Of a stretch of DNA of 64,000 bases, positions 37,096-49,441 are shown piece after piece. The notes under the pieces were generated by a model, which saw nothing but the letters and a program-made list of their open reading frames with translations, was not told the DNA's origin and ran no database searches. The first letter of the stretch is position 1. Each line of letters begins with the position of its first letter. The position numbers and the translations under genes are program-made. Location: assembly GCA_964016885.1 (NCBI GenBank), contig OZ024741.1:278256001-278320000 (forward strand), in the 5' to 3' direction. This stretch comes from Eledone cirrhosa (Eukaryota).

Positions 37096-37837
37096 GTAAA
37101 TGAAACATTGTTGCATCCACATGCTCACACATGCACTAACACACACACATACACCCACACATACTCACACCCACACTCATTGACACCCACACACATTCAC
37201 ACACACATACTCATGTGCACACATTCACACACACATACTCATGTGCACACATTCATTCTCACACACACACACACACACATAGACTATCACCCCCTCTCTC
37301 TCTAACGCACACACAGCAATCTGCCCACTTTTCTCTGTCAAATTAAGTTGGCTTGAAATGTAAACCACACTGCTCCATTTACAAAACTATTGGGCAAAAT
37401 TGAAAATTGAAAAATGCTTTTTTTTCTTTGAAAAGCTGCAACAATGTATATGAACTATAAAATTATCGAGCAAGATGGACAAATTACCTCCTGGATATGG
37501 AAAAAAGGTGAACAGAGGCACCTGTGAGAATCGAACCACACATCTGTCATATACTGGACAACTGTGATAACCATCATCATAGTCACCCTGTATATGACAG
37601 ATGCATTGTTTGTTCATCTTTTTGTATCTTTTCCACCTCCAAGGGGTTATTTACCTGACTTAATCAACTATTTTATTGTTCATATACAACAGGAAGTGGG
37701 GTGGATTCAGCTGGTTGTGGTTCTTTGTTCTGGTGGGGGTGACCAGAAGTTTAACCAAAACATGTTTGTTACAAAAACCATTTTTTCTTCTGTTTAATAT
37801 AATTTCAATTGTTGATCTCCTCCATTTTCTCCTGAAG

Positions 37838-37948
37838 GTGATACTTACCGTATCTATGGTGATGTGGTGCCGAGACGCACATGGCTGTTTTGATGATGAG
37901 AAAAACTGCTGTGAAATGATGAGAGCATTTGAACACAGATGTTTTTCT
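37838..37948 (+). CDS. DNAH6: Dynein heavy chain exon (VILTVSMVMWCRD...RCFS)
   Basis: aag/gtaagt; 111 nt, phase 0; VILTVSxxMWCRD motif. Confidence 0.88.
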
Positions 37949-38089
37949 GTAAGTGAGAATGACTTTTTTTCCATTTGCTTCTTTCTTGCTTTAGAGTATA
38001 TATATATTTTTTTAAATACTTTGGAAGGGCCATGTTGTTAATAAACACACACACATACACACACTAGTTCAGTTTTACTTTTGTTTTAT

Positions 38090-38880
38090 TATTAGTCAGG
38101 TAACTTCCTGCCAAGGTTAGCTTTGCTTTCATCCTTACTGGGTCAATAAAATAAAGTACCAGTAATGCACTGGAGTCGACTTAATCGACTTACCCCTCCC
38201 CTTCAAACTGCTGGCCTTGTGCTTATATCAGAAACCATTAATAGTTGGGTAACCAGGACAGTGGATTGACAGTATTGGTAGAACATTGGACAACATGCTT
38301 TGTAGCCCTTTACGCTGAGGTTAGCTTTGCCTTTCATTTTTACGGGGTTGATAAAATAAAGTACCGGTAATGAACTGGGGTCAATTTAATCGACTTTCCC
38401 CTGCCTTTAGTTTGTTAATTAATCAATTCCTTGGTTAGTTTAGTTAACCAGATTTAATTGTTAAAATATTCTGTGACCTCAATGGCTACACATGTTATTC
38501 TGTGTTTCTTTTTCAGACAAGATGGAGTAAATAAAATAGAATCAAAACAATTCATTAACAAGATCACAGACTATGTGACAAAAGGGCTTTGGTAATTAGA
38601 TAACTATCTGGCTACTAAACCAACTGAGTAGTTACTTGACTATTAATGGTTTCTGATTTAGGCTCAAGGCCAACAATTCGGAGGGTGGGGGGAGTCGATT
38701 TAATTGACCCCAGTGCAACACTAGTACTTTGTTTTATTGACCTCGTGAAGATGAACGACAAAGCTAACCTCGGCAGGATTTGAAATCAGAATGTAAAGGG
38801 ACGTAACTATATGCTGCAAAGCATGTTGTCTGACGCTCTACCAATACTGGCAATCCCCTGCTCTAGTTACCAAACTAATA
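38090..38880. mobile_element. Second SINE/IR/SINE composite, homologous to 32615-33300
   Basis: Same order of parts; central ttctgtgacctcaatg..tcacaga..actaaac. Confidence 0.55.
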
Positions 38881-39664
38881 ATGAAATCGACAGGTGCGTG
38901 TGTTTTTACTGACACCACCATCCTCTTAAAGTATAACAATATCTGTTTCAACACACGTTTTCACATTAAGAATCTTGCAAAAGAAATACAAAAGCTATAT
39001 TCTTTGTTCTTGTTAATTTTTTTGAATGGTGGATTACAAATATAGAAACAATTCCTCTAGTGATAACACTTCAAATAATAATTATTAGTCATATATTTTA
39101 TCTAATGCACAATTGAGGTTACTTAGTAGGTTTCTAGATAAGACAAGCTATTTCTTTCTTTACAGATAAATATTGTGTGAGATCTGTATTTACTACTTAC
39201 TGTTCAAGGGACAGTCTACCTTATGGTTCAGACAGACAGACTGGAGAAGACGTTGCTCTGGTGGATAACGAGGGAAATGCACTGGAAGAGCCACTCTACT
39301 TCCTGGGGCTTGCATTTACGGGCAGCCAACTTTGCCCTGAGAGCAGTGAGTTGGGATGTGGTCCAAGGGCCATGAATGCCAGATGTTTCCTGTACCGAAT
39401 TGGTACTTATTTTATTAGCCTTAAAAGGATGAAAGGCAAAGTTGACCTCGGTGGGATTTGGGCTCAGCTTGCAGAGAGCCTGAATGAATAGTGTGGAGCC
39501 TTCTATCCAATGTTCCTACAACTCTGTCAATTCACTGCCCATGATTTCATTCATACTAGTATGAAGGATGGATGCAGTGAAGTGTAAAGAAGTATTGTTT
39601 GCAACTGTATCAAAATTACATCTAATGTTTTTATGATTCAATTTCTGAACATTTATTTTTATAG

Positions 39665-39790
39665 GATTTAACCCAACTTGCTTCTCTTGTGAGTGGAAAT
39701 CTATCAAAATTGAACAGAGCAACCATATGTGCTCTAATTACCATCAAGGTCAATTCTCGGGATATTGTCAGTGAATTAGTTGCGAAAGAG
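39665..39790 (+). CDS. DNAH6: Dynein heavy chain exon (DLTQLASLVSGNLSKLNRATICALITIKVNSRDIVSELVAKE)
   Basis: atag/gtttgt; 126 nt, phase 0; equivalent of the ALITIDVHARD region. Confidence 0.88.
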
Positions 39791-41116
39791 GTTTGTAACT
39801 TTAATGATTTAAAAAGTTTTTATATATATCATAACTGTCTCAAGTCTGTCTCGAGTGCGGAAGCTCATTATGCCAGTGCTTATCCCAGTTTCCCTGGCGT
39901 TAAGTGACTGAGAATAGAAGACTTCCCCCGGACAAGACACCAGTCCATTGTAGGGTTAAACACCCCCCCCCCCAACTAATGCTGGTACTCATTTTCGTTC
40001 CTAATACAGATATACAAGTACATTGAAATTACTAATTACAGAATTATCTGTTCTTTCAGAATATTTAGTGGAAAGTGCTTTAATTCCTGTTATAGCGACT
40101 CGTTACATGATAATATATTTCATTCTGAAATTTTAAAAGAATAGAATCTGTTTACAGTTTAGTAATTCTTTCTGATGTGTAGCCTCAAGCCAAATCTGGC
40201 ATGCAAGGCAGTTAGCTAAAAGGTAGCTACGTAGAACCTATTATATCTACCGTATATACTCGTGTATAGGTCGCCCCGGCAGATAGGTTGCATACTCACT
40301 TTTCATTTAACAAATGGGCTATTTGCCATTGACTCGCAGATAGGTTGCACTGAAATTAGGGCCGTCAAACTACTATTTTTTATGATAATTGAAACTAATA
40401 ATCTGTTAGCTTTCCATTACTTTGCCGTTGCGATATATACTCCAAACCATGTTTTATTTATAAAATAAACATTAACGTCATCGAAATCTCGTCAATTTGA
40501 GATTACTGCGAGATAAAGCCTTTAAACGCAAAAATTAACTCTTAATATAGTGAAATAACTTGAAATAACACGTGTTTTTTAACGTTGAAAGTATAACAGA
40601 TTTTTTGCGTATCAACATGGCTTCCCAAAGTAGCGAATACCGACTTTGAAGATTTTACATGCGATGACATTCGAAATGAAAAAGAAACACAAGATAATAT
40701 TAGTGATTTATCTTCAAATGAATCAGACATATTTATTTCTGACGATGATAGTTACTTTGAAAGGGAAAGCGAAGCTCTGACGGACACCATTGAAAATATT
40801 ACAGCAACGTGATTGAAAGATACAACACCAATACATGTTCACACCTGTTAATGAACTTCTATATTGGGAACATTCTGTTACGTAAATTTACACTGTACAT
40901 TGTGTAAGAGTACATTGCAAATATTATTTTGACTGGTGAAAAGGTTTTATACATTTTTTTCAATGAAAATATTTGCCTGGAATGTAGAGAAAGACATTGT
41001 ACCTTGTACTGATTATATCTGCATTTTTAATTAATTCACCTGTTCGGAAAACTGCTAGAATTGATGGAAGTCAACATCTAGGTCATTATTGAATTTGTAG
41101 CAAGAGTTGCCTGCCT

Positions 41117-42244
41117 TGTTGTGACGATCACATCACCAATAGATTAACGCTCTCTAGACAGGAAGTAGCTGGAGTTATTTTCCGTTGGGGTGGCAGAACC
41201 CTTTTTGTCACTTCCGTCTTGAGACCCTATAAAAGGGATACTCAGAGCGATCTCTCTCTCATTTGCCCTTTCGACCAGGCGTGTTCGCCGAGTCTCTACT
41301 CTCTGGCAACCCTAACATGGTCTCTTGCGAGCTAACTTCAAAACGGTAACAAATAACTTTACTTCATATTTCATCTACTCTTGACATGTCAACAATTCTG
41401 TTCTACATAACTTCAACTTGTTAATTAAACTTTATACACACAACTGAGCATCTTTGTTATATTCATACAATCCAGTAAATTGTTATAAGTGGTGACCCCG
41501 AGAAAAAAATGATAGGATCTGGTGTTGTGTGAATATATATAAAAAAATTAATTAGCAGTACCTCATTTTCGTTGGAATGTGTCGACCAACATTTTGAATA
41601 CGCAGCAAACTTTATTAACGAACTAGGAAAAATACTCAGATACAGAAACGAACACACGCACATGTGAAATTCTCGTTCAGACAGACTCTTCTTCTCTCAC
41701 CTAACGTGATATTTTTTTTTCGTACTAAGAAATCCCTCCGACCTCCTTAGACAAGGATTTCTCTCCGCATACACTGTCTTATAACGAACACATCAAAAAA
41801 AAATTTTTTCTCAGCAAGCAAAATAAACAGAACATTTTGCCTTTCACGCACATCAACTATGTGCCGCATTCCACTGGATGTATACATATGTTTTTCGTTT
41901 CTTCTTACAACGAACACTTTAAAAAAAAAAAAAAAAAGAAATTTGATTTTTTTTTTTACACATTTCAACATGAACATTTACTTTTGCTGAATCTCAACTA
42001 TTGCTTATTCTTTCCGCCAAGCTTTTTTCATTGTTCACAAAAAAGTTGAACTCGCCATATTTGTTATACTAACATGGTCTCTTGCGAGCTAACTTCAAAA
42101 CGGTAACAAATAATTTTACTTCATATTTCATCTACTCTTGACATGTCAACAATTCTGTTCTACATAACTTCAACTTGTTAATTAAACTTTATATACACAA
42201 CCTAGTGTCTTGTTATATTCATATATACCAGTATTTTGTTATAA
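41117..42244 (+). mobile_element. Degenerate LTR retroelement remnant nested in the pogo element
   Basis: ~175-bp direct repeats 41312-41488 and 42069-42244; Gypsy-type PBS TGGTGACCCCGA at 41490; TATA-like ctataaaag near 41227; 5' boundary uncertain. Confidence 0.6.
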
Positions 42245-42328
42245 ATATTTTTGCAACAAATCTAACAGGTAAGGCAGATAAAGTTTAAATTTTTGTGTTT
42301 ATCCATAAAGTTATTACTTTTGCACCTG

Positions 42329-43637
42329 CTAATTAATAGTTTTTTTCATTTCTTCATCTGTAACTGTGCATTCGTTATAATAGTCATTCAATTCATCTTC
42401 ACATTCTTCAATATCATCTCCCTCATCACTCTCTGCATTTTCTGTCTTTTCACCAACTAAATCCTCATATAACACATCATCTTCAGTCCCGTCCATCACA
42501 TTTGATATGTCACATTTTTTGAAAGCCTTCATTATTAGTTCTTCAGGGATACTTTCCCAAGCCTCCTTCACCCACCCCACCACTAATCTCAAGCCAGGTC
42601 TTTTCAATGATCCACCTTGGTAATTTCTTTTTCACCTGATATCATCCAAGAAGTCCAGAGTTTACGTATATAAGTCTTGAAGGGCTTATTTACTGCCACA
42701 TCAAGGGGTTGTAAGACTGAGGTGCAACCACCAGGAATCACTGCTTGTCTTGTTTTACAATCCTTCAGCTTAGCCTTTACAGACTCATAGCAGTGAGATC
42801 AAAACATATCCCAAACTAGCAAACTTCGTGGCTTCAGTAATGCCCCTGGCCTTTTCATTCACACTTCATCAAGCCATAACTTTGTTAAGTTCTCGTCCAT
42901 CCAGCCTTTCGGATGTACCTTCACAATCACATCGCTTGGAAAATTCTCTTCCGACATAATTTTCCTTTTGAAAATAACTATAGGGCGAAGTTTTTTCCCA
43001 TCAGCCTGGCATGCTAGAACAACAGTAAAATGTTGTTTTTCATGACCTGTAGTTTTGACTGTAACAGTTTTGTTACCTACACTACCCACAGTTGTGTTGC
43101 CTGGCATGTCAAAGTACATGGGTGTTCATCCATGTTGGCTATATTCTCCATGGCAAAATCAAACATTTTTCTTTCCTTTAACACAAATTTTACAAAATAG
43201 TGTACTTTGTCATCAATATCTTTTGGCAGCTTTTGTGCAATATGTGTCTTTTGGCGAAGAGTCAGTCCAAACCTATTCATAAACCTGGTGCACCACCCTG
43301 CTGATGATTTAAATTGGGATAAGTGGTACTTTGGTGCAAGTTGAAGGGCTTTCATCCTTATAGAAAGTCTTGTAATAATATGTCCATTTTCCCTGATATC
43401 TAAAACCCAATCATTTAGCTCTTTTTCAAGATCTTAATATGGTGATACTCCAAACCTAACTGCTCTCTTTGATTTAGGCATTTCTCCCAGTTTGTCTTTT
43501 TGTTTCCTCCAACTTCTCACCACCTTTTCTGACACTCCAAACTCCCTTTCTGCTGATCTATTTCCAAATTCTTCTGCATAACCAACCACCTTTAACTTGA
43601 AAACTGTTTGATAACTTTTTGTCTTACCGGAATTCAT
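42329..43637 (-). pseudogene. POGK-like transposase pseudogene (Brinker-type DBD, CENP-B HTH, DDE)
   Basis: FKLKVVGYAEEFGNRSAEREFGV; FKSSAGWCTRFMNR; NMDE; KTTGHEKQHFTVVLAC; KGWMDE; AFKKCDISNVMDGTEDD; split by stops and frameshifts. Confidence 0.9.
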
Positions 43638-44249
43638 ATTTCTCAGTGAATTATAAAAAAAATTTCAACTATCAACTTTTCTCACTTGCTAATTTTGAAA
43701 AGAAACGCCACATGCAATAATCTGTTTCCTGTTAAAGTAAATACGTCACAATACGTGTTCATAGCAACGCTAAGACAATGAAATCACATTTTAAATACCG
43801 GGTATGTATTTCTATGGATTTTAATGACAGATGGTTCGGTCAGATAGAAAAAAACGTAAACACTACAAAATTTAAGTAAAAAATTTAAAATCAAGAAATA
43901 TATGTATAAGAAGGTAGATATATGAAATTATTATGTTAAATAATAAAAAATATTAACAAAGTTATTTTTATAAATACCCATTGTTGATTAAGTCTATGAA
44001 AAATCATTGGTTAGTCTGATGACGATCGGATAGGTCGTACCCCAAAAATTTATACTTATTTATCGTTAAAAAAGTGCGACCTATACGCGAGTATATACGG
44101 TAATTTATAAAGAGCCAAAGATCATTATTTATTTACCCATCAGTAGATTTACTCTTATGATAAATTGCATTTCTGGACATATTGAGCTCATCTTTCAGTT
44201 GTCAGTCATACTTCATATCACAGCATACAGGCGAATTATAAATCATCAT

Positions 44250-44795
44250 TATCATCATATGTCCATTTTCTATGCTAGCATGGGCTTGTCGGGTTGTCCC
44301 GTCATGAGACAAGTCAGATCAGGAGACCATTTCTTGCTCATACAGAACTGTTTCTGGCTTGCTTTCTATAGCTGGATGCCCTTCCTAACACCAACCACAT
44401 TTACAATGTGGACTGTGTGCTTTTTATCGTGGCAGCAAAATGACCAACTGACAGGTTGAATTGGGGGCTTATTTATTGTGTCAGCATCATGACCACAATA
44501 CAGGTTAGACTGGGCGCTTATTTGTCATGTCACCAACGCGACCACTTTACAGGATGGACTGGGTGCTTTTTGTCATATCACCAACATGACCACCTTACAG
44601 GGTGGACTGGATGCTTTTTGTTGTGTCGCCAAAATGACCACTGTACAGGATGGACTGGGTGCTTTTTGTCGTGACACCAGCATGACCACCTTATGGGGTG
44701 GACTGGGTGCTTTTTGTCGTGTCACCAACATGACCACTGTACAGGGTGGACTGGGTGCTTATGTGTCGTATCACCAGCATGATCACCTTACAGGA
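44250..44795 (-). mobile_element. RTE/SINE 3' tail with expanded 48-bp minisatellite
   Basis: ggatgcccttcctaacaccaaccacatttaca followed by ~8 units of the repeat also seen at 4447-4893. Confidence 0.75.
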
Positions 44796-45290
44796 TTAAT
44801 GGGATATGCAAGTAGCAAACAATTTTATTGGAAATTCTTTAAATGTTTTAGACTTTAATTATGAAAATTTAATTAAACTGAAGTTTTAATTAACTCTGTA
44901 ATTAGATATCATATCAATAAATACTTGAAATAGTGTAAATATATTGCTGAATATTATTAAGCCAAGTTTTCTCTAATATTATTTTTTCATTCATACCATT
45001 TTTATTAGTTATTTCTTGAAGTATAAATATATAAATCTGTTTGATATCTGAATATGGTTAAAGAAATGACATTAAATAAACAAAGTGAATAGAGTAGAAA
45101 AACATTTCCTGAAAACTTTCTTAAACGTTGACATATTTTATATGTAGATTGTTATTTCTTTATGGAAGGTGTTTGAAGCTTTACATTTTTCATTATTATT
45201 ATTTTTCACATCACTGTCAATGTATTTCAATTAAATTCTTATTGCATTTTTGTGTTAGTTTTCATAACGTTTTTTCTATCAATACTCTAG

Positions 45291-45446
45291 GTTGACAGTG
45301 ATGAGATTTTTGAATGGCAGAAACAGCTCCGGTATTATTGGGATACCAACACTGATATGTGTGTTATTCATATGTCCAAATCAGATTATACCTATGGTTA
45401 TGAGTACCTTGGAGCTTCTCCAAGGCTTGTTATAACACCCCTAACG
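45291..45446 (+). CDS. DNAH6: Dynein heavy chain exon (VDSDEIFEWQKQLRYYW...YGYEYLGASPRLVITPLT)
   Basis: ctag/gtaagc; 156 nt; hallmark FEWQxQLRYYW and YGYEYLG..RLVITPLT at the start of AAA1. Confidence 0.95.
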
Positions 45447-46059
45447 GTAAGCAAGTTTTTTAGTTCTTTATTTTATTACATAGCCCAATCATTTGAAGAA
45501 AAGAAAATTATAATTTAATCTTAGTTTCTGAAATAGAATTTCTTCCTATACATGATTACATATACTATGTTAAATTATTAATGATATTAGCCCCAATATT
45601 AGATATTGTTCAGGCATGTCATTTTGAACAAGAGTTCTTATATAAAAACTCTTGTGTTTAAGATAGCATACCTGATGAGGTATTGGAGTCTAAACCTGCT
45701 AATGGTGAAACATTGGAGTTCCTTCTTGTACATATTGGTATATAAAGGTTTTTGATTTAGGCACAAGGCCAACAATTTGGAAGGAGGGGAAAGTCGATTT
45801 AATTGACCACAGTGTGTTATTGTTACTGTTATCAACCCTGAAAGGATGAAAGGCAAAGCTAACCTCAGCAGAATTTGAACATACAATTTAAAGAGCCACA
45901 ACTCTATGCCACAAAACATTGTCTGACGCTCTACCAACACTACCAATCTGTTGCCCTAATATTGTTATATTGTTATATAATAAAACATTGTTTTCTCACA
46001 CAGTTGAGTTCTTTGCTCATCTTTGGATTTGGATATTCTAACCCCCCACCCCCACCACC

Positions 46060-46612
46060 ATATAAAAAAGTGCAGGGCGATCAAAATTGATGGAAGTTAC
46101 GGAGTAGGTAGACCCAGAAAAACCTGGGATGATTTGATAAATTCCGACCTTACACTTGCACCTCTGTCACTGGACCGAGATCTTTGGCGTTACGCAGTAA
46201 TACAGAAAACCTACAGTCAGTAGGCACCTCCTAACCAAATATACACCCCAATCCACTACCCCTACCCTATCCTCCCACTCCCACCAACACCACCCTCTTT
46301 CTGTAAATTGGTACCACAACATCTAGTTGAAATAAATGAGATAATGAGATCGAGATCGTGTAGGTGTCATGACAAAAAACCACACAGTCCACGCTGTAAT
46401 GTGGCTGTGTAGGTAACACAGTAAAAAGTTCCCAGTTCCACACTGTAAATGACGTTGGTGTTAGGAAGGGCATCCAGCCGTAGAAAACTTGCCAGATAGT
46501 CCTATATGAGCGAGACACGGTCACCCAACCAACCTTGCCTCAAGTGGGACAACTCCCGTCTAATCCATGCTAGCTTGGAAGATGGATGTTAAACGAAGAT
46601 GCTGATGATGAT
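46060..46612 (+). mobile_element. 3' fragment of the same RTE family as the satellite-inserted copies
   Basis: KKCRAIKIDGSYGVGRPRKTWDDLINSDL plus the same 3' UTR and gatgatgatg tail. Confidence 0.85.
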
Positions 46613-46819
46613 GAGATGTTGAAAGAAGTGACTAAAGGGGTTGGTATCAGGAAGGGTGTTCAACTGTAAAACATTGCTTTAAAAAGTCCCATCTAACCCA
46701 TACCAGCATGGAAAATTTGACATAAAAATGATGATGATGGAATTAATTAATCCATATACTGTATGTTGTATTATGTTATTGTCATTGTAAGTATTTGTGA
46801 CATATATGCCTTTCATATC

Positions 46820-47365
46820 TATTCATATCTAGGTGATCAGATTAGCAAGGGAGGAGGATGCTCCGAGGCCATAGTATCTAGAATAAGGACAGGATGGAAG
46901 AAGTTTAGGCAGCTTCTTCCTCTGTTGAAAACGAAGGGTTTCTCTCTACGAATGAAAGGTTGGTTGTATGATGCCTGTGTGAGATGGTAGTGAGACTTGG
47001 GCAGCAACTGCAGCGGTTATGCGAAGGCTAGAGAGAAATGAAGCAAGCATGCTCCGATGGATGTGCAATATCAATGTGCTTGAACAACCAAGCATGGACG
47101 AGTTGAGAGTGGCCATGTGATGCGCATGGAAGATGACTGCTGGGTGAAGAAGTGCCAAAAAATCCCAGTGGAAGCAAGACGCAGTAGAAGAAGACCACGA
47201 AAAACGTGGGCGGAGGTGGTGAGGGCCGACCTCAGATCGCTGGAGCTCACAGAGGGGATAACGAAGGACCATGACAAATGGAGAAATACAGTGTTGAAGA
47301 AGACCCATCCCACCCTTGCAAGCAAGGAAAAGTGGACATCAAATGATAATGACGATGATGATGAT
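46820..47365 (+). mobile_element. Decayed 3' part of a related RTE subfamily
   Basis: YLGDQISKGGGCSEAIVSRIRTGWKKFR; RPRKTW; (gat)n tail. Confidence 0.8.
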
Positions 47366-48845
47366 GTCAATTCATGTAGCTTGAAAAAGTCCATCACCCC
47401 CATACTCATATTTAGAGTGGATTAGTGGTTAGGAAATGTAGATGATGTCTTCGTTCTAGTATAGACATTTAGTTCATAATTGACTTTGTTTTAATGAGTG
47501 TATTAGTCACAAGGTTGGAATTTGATGGTCTTATCCACTAGATGTTTTGTTTATTGTTGGCTTTCTTTTCTGACTGTATTATTTCTCAAAAGGGCATTTG
47601 ATGATTGCTTGCATTTGTTCTAAATGATTCTGCATTCAGATTTATGTATTTGAAGGTCCTATTTTCTTATTTACATAGAATATGCAAGGCTGGTGCTACC
47701 TTTAAGGCCAACTAGGCAGCTGCCTAGGGTGCAGACCTCAAAGAGGTGCATTACTGAATCTTAAAGGCAAAGGCCGAGGTTAACTTACAGGTCGATAAAA
47801 TAAAGTACCAGTAATACACTGGGTAGTTTCTGGCCTTGTGCCAAAAGTAGAAACAATTATTTATCAATCAAGAAGGCGGTTATTAACCAGTTTAGGCAGT
47901 GAATTGGCAGAGTTGCTAGAATACCAGATAAAATGTTTTGCAGCATTAATTCCAGCTTTCTGATTTCAAGTCACACCAAGGTCAACTTTGCCTTCCATCT
48001 TTTCAAAGTTGATAAAAAAAAGTACCAGTAAAATACTGAATTAAATCTTCCTCTAAATCTCTTTCTCATTTCCTCTCTATCGCAATAATAAAGACATGAA
48101 ACATAGCTAATAATTTTACAATCAAGGTGGACCACCTGATATTAGAATGTTTCAAAAGTTATTTCCCTTACATTGCAGCTATTTACTAGCATCATCCACA
48201 TATTTTATTTTCTCTGACTGCTGGAATAATATTTTTGATTAAATTGAGGGCGGTGGATTGGCAGTATCGGTAGAGAGACGGACGCCATGCTTTGCAGCAA
48301 AGAGTTACGGCCCTTTATGATCTGAGTTCAAATCCCGCCGAGGTTAACTTTGCCTTTAATCCTCACGGGGTCGATAAAATAAAGTACCAGTCACGCACTG
48401 GGGTCGATTTAATTGACTTTCCCCTCCCCCAAAATCACTGGCCTTGTGCCTATATAAGAAACCAATATTTTTGATTAAATTATAGTAATGCTGAACTCTT
48501 TCCTCAAACAATTTTTAGTGATTTTGTTGAAGCTGTGAGTTAAGGTTTATTGGTTTTTGTATGCTTAAGGTTGTGGGATATTCTGCTCTGGGGTCTTGCA
48601 AGAGTAGTTCTATATTCCAACTTTCCTTTTAAGTGTATTTTGAGAATATATATAGAGCTTTGTATCAATACATAGAATATTTTTTGCATTGTTTATTGCT
48701 TTAACCCTTTCGTTGCCACATTTCTAATAAAAGATGATGCCTAAAATTTTCAAATAATTTTGAAAATAATCAAAAATTTGGAAGGATATAGTAATATAAC
48801 TAACTTTGGTATATATATGTATATAAATGTATATATATATATATA

Positions 48846-49142
48846 TAATATATAAGAACAGAAGATGGTTAAAGGAGTTCCATGTATTTTATTATGCGCA
48901 TTTCAAAAACAAACATCATCATGCAATAATATTTGTGTTTTCATCAGATAAAACATCTGATGAAAACACAAATATTATTGCATGATGATGTTTGTTTTTG
49001 AAATGCGCATAATAAAATACATGGAACTCCTTTAACCATCTTCTGTTCTTATATATTATGTATACTCCAGTCCTACAAACTGTAGAGTGCTTCTTATCCG
49101 ATATCTGCATTGCTTTATTGTACTACAATAAAACTCACCTCC

Positions 49143-49146
<4 letters not shown>
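48846..49146. mobile_element. Fold-back Penelope-type pLTR fragment: 104-bp perfect inverted repeat, flanked by (TA)n
   Basis: Arms 48846-48949 and 48955-49058, spacer aaaac; each arm carries a hammerhead core. Confidence 0.7.
48886..48954 (-). ncRNA. Type I hammerhead ribozyme motif
   Basis: GUUUUAU-CUGAUGA-[stem II incl. ACAAAUAUUAU/AUGAUGUUUGU]-GAAA-UGCGCAU-A^-AUAAAAU; stem I pairs; palindromic stem III. Confidence 0.75.
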
Positions 49147-49184
<38 letters not shown>

Positions 49185-49441
49185 TATATATATGTATATA
49201 TATATGTAAGTATATATATGTATATATATATGTATATATATATGTATATATACATGTATGTATATTTGTATATTTATATATATATATGTATATATGTATG
49301 TATATATGTATATGCATCTATAGATATATACATATGTCTATATATCTATGTGTATATATATGTATATATATATATATATATGTGTATGTATATATGTTTA
49401 TATATGTATATATGTATATATATATGTATATATATATATAT
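49147..49441. repeat. (TA)n/(TATG)n microsatellite
   Basis: Direct sequence; produces the spurious N-terminus of ORF 49218-50369. Confidence 0.9.

Larger units (their letters stand above)
40250..44100 (-). mobile_element. pogo-superfamily (POGK/Passer-like) DNA transposon with nested insertions
   Basis: 25-bp TIRs CCGTATATACTCG(T/C)GTATAGGTCGC; TA TSDs at 40248-49 and 44101-02. Confidence 0.9.

Noticed and set aside
48247-48345. tRNA gene
   Set aside because: A/B boxes run into the SINE core and tail; these are multi-copy SINE heads and no cloverleaf is evident
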